Shown: positions 53,754 to 64,000 of the stretch, in pieces
How the letters are laid out: every line of letters starts with the position of its first letter
Numbering within the stretch: the stretch's first letter is position 1
NCBI RefSeq assembly: GCF_009914755.1
Contig: NC_060926.1
Reading direction: 5' to 3' (one strand)
DNA: 64,000 bases
Source: the human T2T-CHM13v2.0 reference genome, Homo sapiens
Program-made: the position numbers and the translations under genes
The notes under the pieces: model-generated
The model's input: the letters and a program-made list of their open reading frames with translations, nothing else
Told to the model about the DNA's origin: nothing
Database searches by the model: none

Positions 53754-55258
53754 TGTGTCCAGAATTGGTGGGTTCTTGATCTCACTGACTTCAAGAACGA
53801 AGCCGCAGACCCTCGCGGTGAGTGTTACAGTTCTTAAAGGTGGCGTGTTCGGAGTTTGCTCCTTCTGATGTTTGGATGTGTTCGGAGTTTCTTCCTTCTG
53901 GTAGGTTCATGGTCTCGCTGGCTCAGGAGTGAAGCTGCAGGCCTTCGCGGTGAGTGTTACAGCTCTTAAGGCGGTGCATCTGGAGGTGTTCGTTCCTCCC
54001 GGTGGGTTCGTGGTCTCGCTGGCTTCAGGAGTGAAGCTGCAGACCTTCCTGGTGAGTGTTGCAGCTCATAAAGGCAGTGTGGACCCAAAGAGTGAGCAGC
54101 AGCAAGATTTATGGCAAACAGCAGAAGAACAAAGCTTCCACAGTGTGGAAGGGGACCCCAGCGGGTTGCCACTGCTGGCTCGGGCAGCCTGCTTTTATTC
54201 GCTTATCTGGCCCACCCACATCCTGCTGATTGGTCCATTTTACAGAGCCAATTGGTCTGTTTTGACAGGGTGCTGACTGGTGCGTTTACAATCCCTGAGC
54301 TAGACACAAAAGTTCTCCACCTCCCCACTAGATTAGCTAGATGCAGGGTGTCCACACAAAGATTCTCCACATCCCCACCAGAGTAGCTAGATACAGGGTG
54401 TCAATTGGTGCATTCACAAACCCTGAGCTAGACACATGGTGCTGACTGGTGTGTTTACAAACCTTGAGCTAGATACAGAGTGCCAGTTGGTGTATTTATA
54501 ATCCCTTAGCTAGACATAAAGGTTCTCCAAGTCCCCACCAGAGTAGCTAGATACAGAGTGTCCATTGGTGTGTTTACATACCTTGAGCTAGATACAGAGG
54601 GCTGACTGGTGCATTTACAATCCCTTAGCTAGACATAAAGATTCTCCAAGCCCCCACCAGACTCAGGAGCCCAGCTGGCTTCACCCAGTGGATCCTGCAC
54701 CCGGGCAGCAGGTGGAGCTGTCTGCCAGTCCCCCGCCGTGTGCCCGCGCTCCTCACTCAGCCCTTGGGTGGTCGATGGGACTGGGCGCCCTGGAGCAGGG
54801 GGCGGCGCTCGTCGGGGAGGCTCGCAGTGGAGGGGCGGGGGAAGCTCAGGCATGGCGGGCTGCAGGTCCGGAGCCCTGCCCGGCGGGGAGGCAGCTAAGG
54901 CCCAGTGAGAAGTGGAGCACAGCAGCTGCTGGCCCAGGTTCTAAGCCCCTCACTGCCCGTGGCGGCGGGCCGGCTGGCCAATCCGAGTGCGGGGCCCGCC
55001 CCAGCCCACGCCCACCCGGAACTGGTGCTGGCCGGGAAGGGCCTTGCGCAGCCCGGGTTCCCGCCCGTTCCTCTCTCTCCACACCTGCCCGCAAGCTGAA
55101 GGAGCCAGCTCCAGTCTCAGCCAGCCCAGGAAGCGGCTCCCACAGTGCAGCGGCGGGCTGAAGCGCTCCTCAAGTGCCGCCAAAGTGGGAGCCCAGGCAG
55201 AGGAGGCGCCGAGAGCGGGCGAGGGCCGCAAGGGCTGCCAGCATGCTGTCATCTCTCA
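53754..55258 (-). mobile_element. LTR12C solo LTR (ERV9), about 1.5 kb
   Basis: Reverse complement TGAGAGATGACAGCATGCTGGCAG..GGACACA; GC/CpG-rich 5' part, tandem enhancer repeats, U5 repeats; flanks agat/agag. Confidence 0.93.
54270..54660 (-). promoter_or_regulatory. LTR12 U3 tandem enhancer repeats (GATA and CCAAT/NF-Y-type motifs)
   Basis: Repeated gagctagatacag, attggtg/actggtg and tttacaaaccttgagc units. Confidence 0.75.
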
Positions 55259-56611
55259 AGAGCTCCCTCAGAGGCCTATGTAAGGTAAGAGTTGTGGCAG
55301 AACAGGCCATTGTGTGAGGCTCCAGCTGCATGACCTTTTTGAGTTTGATAGCCTGAAGGCAAGAAGAGACAAACCAGGGTATTAGAAAACATGTATCAAA
55401 ATGAAACACAGGGAGGGGTAAGGACAGCTCAGAAATGCCTAGGGCTTTTACCAGTTTGCACAGAGAGGCCAAAAGCCTGACTGGTAAAAAACTTTACCCT
55501 TTTGTTGGCAAGTTGGGCTTCTGGGTTCCCTTCCCCTGAGTCCAATCCTAAGCCAACAGTTTAAGGTTTGGGAAATTAACTATTTCCAGTTCGGAGGATG
55601 CATCTGAGGGGACTGTCCTGTAGTATGGAGATACAGTTACCTATCTGTGAAGAGAAGACAGAGGAGGAGAGAAGAAAAAAGAAGGCATTTTTCAAATGAG
55701 TCCCAGGAGTTCATGATGCATTCGAAAGGGGTACAGACTGAAGATGAATGGCTATCCACCTAGAAAGAGGGGAGCAGGCATCCCTGGTTCTCTTACTAGT
55801 AGATACCCAGGGTACGTGAGGGAGAAGGGGAAGAACATTCTCTTTCTCTCTTCCATCCTTGAATCCCTGAGTCCCAGCAACCTTGGCAGGTGCCACCATG
55901 AGTACCAAAGTGGCTTGTGCCCATGAAGCAGCAGGGCCTAGGAAGTGGTGCAAGGTGAAGCAGTAACTGCTAGTGTAGAACTGCAGCAATTATAGGGGGT
56001 GGGAATTAACCACTCTATCCATGTACGCCCTATCTCCCCTGCTGTCAGTAGCCTTGAATTTCCTAGACCTCATTTATGCCATGGATACTAGCGTGGCCTT
56101 TATCCATGAAACGGGAAGCTTGGGCTTGGCTTAATCAACAGGAATCAGCCACGTTCACCTGTGCTGCGCCTTTTACCTTCCATTATCATTTGCTTCTGGA
56201 TCCCTTAGATTCGGTTTTCTTCCTACAGCTTTGACCTGAAGCTTGGAATTGAATTTGGGACAAAAATGTGTCTCGCGGGGGGTTGTACAGACTCCTTACC
56301 ATAAGCTGAATGTTAAGGTGAAACTGTGAAACTGAGCACTCTTCCAACAAGGGAGATAAAAGGATGTCTTGTGACACACCCAGATAACTGGTGGCTATAG
56401 TTATGCTTGCTATGATTTAAGCGCAGGGTGCTTGGCTTTTGTTAGCTCTCTTGGTCTTACTTTCCCAAAAGGAAACCTCTGAGTGATGGGGCATTCTACT
56501 TATTTCCATTACCTGGCAGCATTTGCAGGATTATTGCTCACAACTAGAATATTCACTTTATTGTAGTGGTCTGAAACCAAATCTGTAATATCTCTGAAGT
56601 AAGCTTATGGG

Positions 56612-56700
56612 TATATACACACACATGTGCACACACACACATGCACATACATGTATGTATATATACATACGCATATACACATATGTATGTATATGTGCTT
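56612..56700. repeat. (CA/TA/TG) low-complexity tract
   Basis: Direct reading. Confidence 0.85.
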
Positions 56701-57702
56701 CATGTATTTTAACTTCTATAATTTCATAAATATGCTTGTTTATTCCTTCATATTTTTCTTTTTTATTTAAAACATACACTTTGTTTTGCCAAACTTACAG
56801 ATTCTTACTATGCCTTTCTCTTTAAAATCTCTGACATGTGTATCTTTGCTTCTCACATTTGTTGCTAAGAAAGTATGCCAATATTATCTTTTGAATGACC
56901 TAATAAGTACAAACATGCTGATAAGTATTGTCAGTATCTGGCAATTCTGTCATGACTGATAAGGTATAAATCATAGCCTATATCAATGTGAGGGCAAAGC
57001 TCCGTGATAGAAAATTCATTCTGATATGTGTATTGGGTTTCTGAATAACAGAACTAAATTACCTCAGCAAGGAGCTTCAATGTAGTAGTGGATTTCGATT
57101 GGTCTGTGAGAGACGGTATCACCACCTTCATTATTAAATGGCTTAATAAGTCATATGAAGATAAAGGAAAAAAAGAGAAACTTTTGCTTTTTTAAAAAAT
57201 CTGGACTGAAACTCTGTGTGGCTGAGACACACTGAAGTGTAGAAGAAAGAGCTGAGCATATCAATTGTTTACCAGTCTTTTCAGTGAATTTGAGCACTTC
57301 AGTAGCTTGTCATGTGATTTTAATTGGGAAAAGCACACAGAACATTTAAAAGTGTGTCCGAGGCCCTTCATCCTCAAACTATGAACACATACGTTTTTGT
57401 TCCGTGTCCCAGTGAAATCCCTTTCTCACTGTATTACAGAGGAACAATACTCAATACAAGTCCCATTCTGAATTTGGTGCCCCAAGAACAACAGGGCCTC
57501 TTTAGACTAAATCTTTTTATTATTTTACATGTTTTTATTAAGTGACTTTACCATCAATGTCTTTCATATAACATTTTCGGTAATACAATGATATTACCAC
57601 CACCACATAACCATTTCATTTTAAAAATGCAGGATGTCAATGAATGCCATCAAAGCAATGAAGTTGACTAAAAGTCTACTTTTCATTTCAATTAAAAGGA
57701 CT

Positions 57703-57781
57703 CTGTGTTCGTGTGTGTGCGTGCATATGCATGTGCACATGTGCGCGGGCGCATGTATTTGTGTATGTGTTTCTGTGTGTT
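57703..57781. repeat. Degenerate (TG)n tract
   Basis: Direct reading. Confidence 0.85.
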
Positions 57782-58085
57782 TGGCTCCTCTCTGTTCTTT
57801 ATCTCACAGAATTAAACAAAGAGAGAAATACTTTCAAATATAATACTTATCTGCTAAACATTTGAAGGTAAGTGACTTTGCCCTGTGGGCATAACCTCCT
57901 GTTGTCTACTGTTGTCTAGGGGCTACATGAATATAAAGCAACAATGTTAGTTTCAGGATATTCTGTTTTCACTTGGAGCAAACCAAATTACCTTAAGGGA
58001 ACTTGCTTACTCATAAACATCCTTCCAGATGACCATTTCACTCTCCAAACGCATAAGGTTCAAACATAAAATGAAAGGGGAAGGT

Positions 58086-58810
58086 TTCGTTATCTCCTTC
58101 ACTGGGTGTGTGATGGGGGTGTGGCTCGCTGCTTCCTGTCCCACTGCTCAAACCTCTGCGGGAAGCATGCAGACGGGCAGTTTGTGGGGCTCCAGCCCCA
58201 CCGCAGTGTCTAGGGGTGAATGTTTACAGCTCCTGAAGCCCTTATTACAAAGACGGGGATTTCTGTATCCTAGGGTTCTTGCCTTGGTGTACAAAAAGAA
58301 TTAGATCACACGTGGGCTTGAAGAATGAGTGCAAGGTTTTATTGAATGGAAGTAGCTCTCAGCAGATGGAGGAGCCAGAAGTGGGAGATGGTTTTCCCCT
58401 GGAGTTGGCTGCTCTGTGGCCTGGGCTCTCCTCCAACCACCCCAGCCAAACTCTGCGTTGTTGCGCTGGTCTCAGGTCTTTTGGCCGGCGGGTTCTGTCC
58501 GTGTACCGCTCTGCCGGCATGTTCCCCTCGCCGTCATCTGGATGTCCAGCCGCTTGTGTCTTCTGCTGATGTGTTCCTCTGGACATCCAGCCACTTGTGT
58601 GTGTGCGTGCTAATGCTAAGATTTCAGGGTTTTCATAGGCATAGGATGGGAGTGTGGTGGGCCAGGGTGGGCTTGGGAAATGCAACATTTGGGCATGAAG
58701 GCAGGAGTGCCTGTCCTCACCTAGGTCTGTGGGTAAGGCCTGGGGTTAGAGCCCTAGCCAGGGACCACACCCTCTTCTACCCAGCACTTCCCTGCACCCC
58801 TTCCTTATTA
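58086..58810 (-). mobile_element. LTR1/LTR27/LTR28-group solo LTR (HUERS-P2 related)
   Basis: Reverse complement gggaagtgctgggtagaagagggtgtggtccctggctagggctc..cctaggtgaggacaggcactcctgcc..cccaaatgttgcatttccc. Confidence 0.8.
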
Positions 58811-59374
58811 ATAATAGTCAAACCCTTTAAATGCTAAGTGAAATGTGTATATTTACCAGGTGTTTCTCTGTGTTTGTGTGTATGTGTCTTCAATTTGCTT
58901 ATTTTTTATGACAAGTCAGTTACTAAAAGGAGACTTAATCTAGTTTGCTTTTACATGTATTAATCTATTCACTCATCATGACCAAATTACACTTCTATTG
59001 CTAAATAATAATCTCTTAGAACTACAGTTTTTCTCCAAAGCCTGTGGCTGTGTTTTAGGGGCCTGTTTATAAAAATGAGATATAATTTTAAGAGAAAACA
59101 ATATTGAAAGTACTAGCCTAACTACTGTGCAACTTTCTGTAAGTCTTTAGTTATTTTAAACTAAAATATTTTTTAAAAGGCTACCTTAATGAAATTACTA
59201 CTTTAATTATTCCATTGTGATAATTTTTCACTTTAGTCAATCTATTCAATTATTTTATCTTTTTTTTTTCTTATGGAGCCTTGAAATGTATCTATAGCAG
59301 TTGTTAAACTGCAACTATTTCTTTTTGCTTTTTGAATTCCTGCCTCATTTCAAACACAAAAATAGTCACAATAA

Positions 59375-59720
59375 TTAATATTTATATAGAACATTTACTG
59401 GTGACATTGCTTTAATATACTTTTTTTTCTTCATATGATTGTTTTAACAACTTACTGATCTATTTCACTGATGACAAAACTGAGACTAAAGTTAAAAAGG
59501 GTCATGTGCAAGGTCACATAACCAGTAAAATAAAGCAGCCAGGATTCAAATTTCTGTTTTCTAAATATACATCCTTTCTCTTTTTCTCTGCATCATAACT
59601 GAAGGGTCTGTAGTGATCATTAAGGTCAAACAGCTCATTATAATGATGAAAAAAAAGAGGTTCAGAGAGGTCAAGTGGCTTGCCACCAGGAGGCTTGAGG
59701 CATAGCATGAACACCAACTA
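59375..59720. mobile_element. Two MIR fragments
   Basis: tttcactgatgacaaaactgagact..aaggtcacata..ccaggattcaaa; gaggttcagagaggtcaagtggcttgcc. Confidence 0.65.
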
Positions 59721-60683
59721 GTTGCCTTCAAACCATTAATTGTAATAATTACTGGACTTGCAGCTTAGTTGCTATGTCCTAGCTCCTTTGATCTGAAAAT
59801 AAACATGAATTAGTATGATGACAGTGTAGCTATTTTTTTTTCTCCCCCTGCTGTTTCTTAGTCCATCTCCTCTCACATAACTTTAATTCTCTCCTTTATG
59901 GCTGAGAGTATAGCCTCTTAGCTTAAAGTCTCAGGAGATGTCTGTGGGACCAAAAGTCAAGGGATGCGGACAATTAAAAAAAAAAAAAAAAGCAGCCAGA
60001 ATTTATTATTTTAAGAAGAAAAGTAAAAAAAAAAAAAATCCAGAAAGATAAGAGAGAAATACACCATAAGGTAAAAAGGATGAGGTTCTTGAATTTGGTA
60101 GTAATACAATCAGATTTAATCTTAGAAAAATTATTCTATCAGTGGAGTGTAGAAAAAAATTAAAATAACTGAAATGGGTAAAGAGTACAAGCTCCTCCAC
60201 CTGTACTAACATCAAGGATGTAGTTGTCCCAATTAATATAGTAAAATGAAAATAAATAAGTATGCAACCTAGTAAACTGCAAATATATTTTGAGTAGTAT
60301 TTACTAAGAACAGAGTTGGATGTCTTTCTGGTCCAAATTTGAAGAACATTTTAGTTGAATGCTTGATAATTATTCACACAAAGAACATTTATTTGCACTG
60401 AACTGTGCCCAGTAAAACCAAACACAGCCGTGAAAAGTAAAGGTTGAATTAATGTCAGTAACTTGAAAAATAATATGAACAGTAATTCAGCAGCATATAT
60501 TTCTTTTTTAATGTGAATATTCATTTCACACTGTCTGCTACCCTATAGCTCATTATCTCACTTTTAGAATAGATGATTTTTATTGCAGGGTATTTTTCTA
60601 AATCCCCTGGAATACTGAGATATTTGGTAATTTTTAGCATGCATTTAAGTAAACTTCATGCTTATACATATTACTTGACTGAA

Positions 60684-61212
60684 TCGGGGTCCTCAACCCC
60701 CAGGCCTCAGACCAGTATTGGTTCATGGCCTGTTAGGAACCGGGCCACATAGCAGGAGGTGAGCGGCAGGTGAGTGAGTGAAACTTCATCTGTATATACA
60801 GCCGCCCCCCAAGCCTCACATTACTTAATGCCTGAGTTCCACCTCCTGTCAGATCAGGGGCAGCATTAGATTTTCATAGGAGTGGGAACCTTATTGTTAA
60901 CTGTGTGTCGAGGGATCTAGGTTATGTGCTCCTTATGAGAATCGAATGCCTGATAATCTGACACTGTCTCCCATCACCCTCAGATGTGACTGTCTAGTTG
61001 TAGGAAAACAAGCTCAGGGATCCCACTGATTCTACATTATGGTGAGTTGTATAATTATTTCATTATACATTACAATGGAATAATAGCAGAAATAAAGTGC
61101 ACAATAAATATAATGTGCTTGAATCATCCCAAAACCATCCCCCGACCCAGGTCCATGGAAAACTCTCTTCCCCGAAGCCAGTCCCTGGTGTCAAAAAGGT
61201 TGGGGACTGCTG
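60684..61212 (+). mobile_element. MER1A (hAT-Charlie), full length
   Basis: ggggtcctcaacccccagg..ggcctgttaggaaccgggcc..aaaaaggttggggactgctg, about 530 bp. Confidence 0.9.
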
Positions 61213-61261
61213 CTCTAGACAATGAATTAACATTAAGTGATTATTAAGAGCAATAAAAGTC

Positions 61262-61812
61262 ACCAGTTATTTAGTACTACAGTAATACTGTGTAATAATA
61301 CTATATAACACAATAACTGCCATAATTACTATATAATAATGTTATATAATATAATAATAATATTAAATGAATTACCCCCAAAATAAGTGGCTTAAAACAG
61401 TAAGTATTTACATAGCACTTTTGGATAGTAGGTCAATCATTTAGGATGAACTCAGTGGGACAGCTGTTCTGATCTCAAATGGGCCGCCTCACACATTTAG
61501 TGTTTCACTGTCTGTTTGGGTCTTTGTCATCTGGCTGTTGCCTGGGTTGTTATGGGTGACTAGGCCTCCTCCAGCATGCTGACCTGACAGTCGTCTCATG
61601 TTGAAGGAAGAATGATCAAGTAAACTAAAATATACAAAAACCTCTATTACTGAAGCTCAGAACCAGTGCACTGATCACTTCCAATACATCCTAGCAGCCA
61701 GTGTAAATTATAATGCCAGTACAGAGTGAAGGGATGGAAAAACAGATTCCACCTCTTTAGTGAGAAGTGGTGCAAGTTTTATGCTACAGGGAGGAGATTT
61801 AGTGCAATCTGT

Positions 61813-61817
<5 letters not shown>
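61262..61817 (-). mobile_element. Old MLT1 (H-K class) LTR
   Basis: cccccaaaataagtggcttaaaaca..acagattccacctctttagtgagaagtggtgcaag..tgcaatct. Confidence 0.6.
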
Positions 61818-61864
<47 letters not shown>

Positions 61865-61868
61865 CACA
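61814..61868. repeat. (CATATA)n microsatellite
   Basis: Direct reading. Confidence 0.95.
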
Positions 61869-63689
61869 TAATATATTCCAAGAAAGTATTTCAGTAAAAT
61901 TAATTTTGACCTAGTGAAATAATTTATGGATTTTAATACTGTCATAAGTTAATACTGTTAAGAAAGTTTAATTTACATTAAAATTGCTTCACTGTTTATA
62001 AAAATTCATCGAATTAAAGATAAAGAATCTCTTGTCATGCTAATTTATATTACCAACTTTAAAAAGCTATTCATGGACATTTATTAAACACTACATGCAC
62101 ATTGTACAAGGTGTTGGGGGAAAAGCGACTAACAGAATCTAGGTAGTTCCTGCTTATGATAATTAATTTTATGTGCCACACTAATACACCACCCTCATAG
62201 AAATTATAATATAGTGAATCTAATAGTGCCATTCAAAATCTTCAAAATGCAGGCTAAGGTGTTTATAGAATTAAAAATAAAGAATGAATAGGTTATGCTG
62301 ACTCTTAATCAGTTGTCGGAATTTGAAATAAATTTAGAATGGAGAGCAGGACATTCAAAGCTGATCATACCATTAGGGAAAGGGCAGCATCGGCAAAATA
62401 CCATACAGAATTTTAAAATTGTATACATGTAAAGGATGTGGTTCCTCAGAATGGATTTCTAGCATAATCCACAAGTTAAACCAGGAAGTCTGTTAAGTTA
62501 TGTACTTTCTTTTCCTAGAGTATTTGTCAATCAATACCAATTGTTGTATATGCTGGAACATTCATTATATAGTAATTTAAAATTTATAAATTATTTTTAT
62601 ACACATTTTATTTTATGACCCTAACAGCTTTTTGAGACAGGCAAAACAATAATTATTAGACATTTTTAGATAAACTTAATTTAGAGAGATTATCTTATTT
62701 GCCCTTGTTTCTCAACTTGTGCATGTTAGAATAAAGACGTAAGTTCCTGGCGCCTAACAGCTCATGTTCTTTGTTTATGGTAGGCTAGCTTAGGTTTCCT
62801 TCTATAACAAATGGGGTTCCTAATCATATATGGCTTCCAGCCATGCCACTTTGAGAATTCTTGATAGTTCTTGTGATTAATAATGGATAACCTATGTTTT
62901 CTCTGGCATACATACACATGAATTATAAAGAGTATATTTTTGAATTAAAGCCCAATTAAAATATTGTACAAGACCTAGCTTCTTTCGAAACTGTATGGAA
63001 TTTAGGAAATCCCCATTTATATGCAAGAGGTTGTTCAAAGGCTTATTGTTCCAGGAAAATCACATAATTCTTTGAGATATCAATTTCTTACTAATATGCT
63101 CTCATGAGTACCATGAAGCCTCTCTGAAAACCATTCTTGTACAATACCAAAGTAAGGTCCTAAATTCTAGTGCAGATTCATAAAGGAAGTTTTAGAAGCA
63201 GTTATCTGACTCTAGCACCATTCAGTTAAGTCAAAAATACAAAAAAATGTATACAAGATGGATCAGTGTATAGAGGTCAGAGGATTCCATAAGGAGGGCT
63301 TCTTTGGAGGACGCTGTGCTTTGTATGGAAGTGTCTGCACCTTGCCTTAAGTCCAATGGAGACAAGAGAGTCTGCAACTGGATCATCTGGAGAGCCTAGA
63401 ATGTGTTACTTGCGATTGGAGACACTCAGGACCTGTGTTTGATGTATACCTGAGAAAGCCAAAGCAGCTAATGGCAGGGCAAAAATAGAAGGAGCAAGAT
63501 TCTATATTTAAAAAGTAACTACACTCTCAACATCAGGGAAGTCCAGGAATGTGAGCTGGATGGGAGTGAAAGTTGGCAGTCATTTTAAATATTACTCAAT
63601 AATGTAGCCAGGAAAAAAAATGGGACCCCAATAGGGAGGGACAGGTAGAGCCCCACATATAATATAGTCACTTATACAATTTCCAATCA

Positions 63690-63960
63690 TAGTGTAATTT
63701 TCTTTTATTTTGTTCTGTAAAATTCAATATGACATTGTTTTTTCTAATACTTCAGATTTTTACATTTCATATTGTAAGTGGATGCATATTATTGTATGTG
63801 ATATTATATAGATGATTATTTACCTGTGCCTGGAAATTTAAATCGGTTCCTGTTGTTTTGGTTTAGATTCTTTTCTATTTATTTGTTTTTTTTTATTTTG
63901 CTGCTGTAAATAATCCTGATATTAACATATTTATTTATATAGCTATTTCTTACCTTTAAA
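63690..63960 (-). mobile_element. L1ME fragment
   Basis: tttattttgctgctgtaaataatcctgatattaacatat pattern. Confidence 0.5.
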
Positions 63961-64000
63961 TCTCTTTTTCTTAAACTTTGTGAAATGTTTTCTATGTGTC

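Larger units (their letters stand above)
53633..56553 (-). mobile_element. MER61-int / HUERS-P3-like internal remnant, 5' LTR missing
   Basis: env tail FVSSCLQAIKLKKVMQLEP on minus strand; the rest is non-coding leader-like sequence. Confidence 0.7.
51102..56607 (+). mobile_element. Tigger1 DNA transposon with both termini and a dead transposase, hosting MER1B and MER61/LTR12C
   Basis: 5' TIR gaggcatacctcattttattgc; 3' end cactttattgtagtggtctgaaacc..aatatctctgaagtaagctta; peptide IFNVDKIAFFWEKMTSRVFIAREEK..LKPMLIHHS. Confidence 0.92.

Noticed and set aside
54270-54660. Regularly spaced repeats resembling a CRISPR array
   Set aside because: They are LTR12 enhancer units; the spacers are themselves repeated, there are no cas genes and the context is primate.
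54629-55283. Several GC-rich ORFs of up to 157 aa
   Set aside because: They result from stop-codon scarcity in the GC-rich LTR12C and show no protein motif.
58279-58837. 163-aa ORF and overlapping ORFs
   Set aside because: They lie within an LTR and have no recognisable domain.

Overview
This is AT-rich primate (human-like) genomic DNA with no supportable protein-coding gene, RNA gene or CRISPR array. The ORFs in the track are either spurious (repeats, microsatellites) or dead retroviral/transposase remnants. The window is mainly layered transposable-element remains: old L1M, L2 and MIR; MaLR (MLT1) elements, one with both LTRs; DNA transposons (Tigger1, MER1A/B, MER3, MER5, MER58); about 8 Alus; and many ERVs. 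The ERVs are a 5'-truncated mosaic HERV9/LTR12 provirus, a two-LTR PBS-Pro class I provirus (MER83-like) with an HML-3 (MER9) solo LTR in gag, two MER50 solo LTRs, a MER61 remnant carrying a CpG-rich LTR12C inside Tigger1, and an LTR1/27/28-group LTR. I find no evidence for a novel biological system. The most notable features are mutational signatures and possible regulatory or splicing elements: a ~43-bp copy of the local Tigger1 inserted into an ERV 4.1 kb away, a second non-HERV9 RNase H inside the HERV9 element, a duplication with a fold-back inversion in MLT1-int, and a UG-repeat-flanked candidate cryptic exon. Family names come from recalled consensus sequences and need Dfam/RepeatMasker confirmation. 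Boundaries of old elements are approximate.
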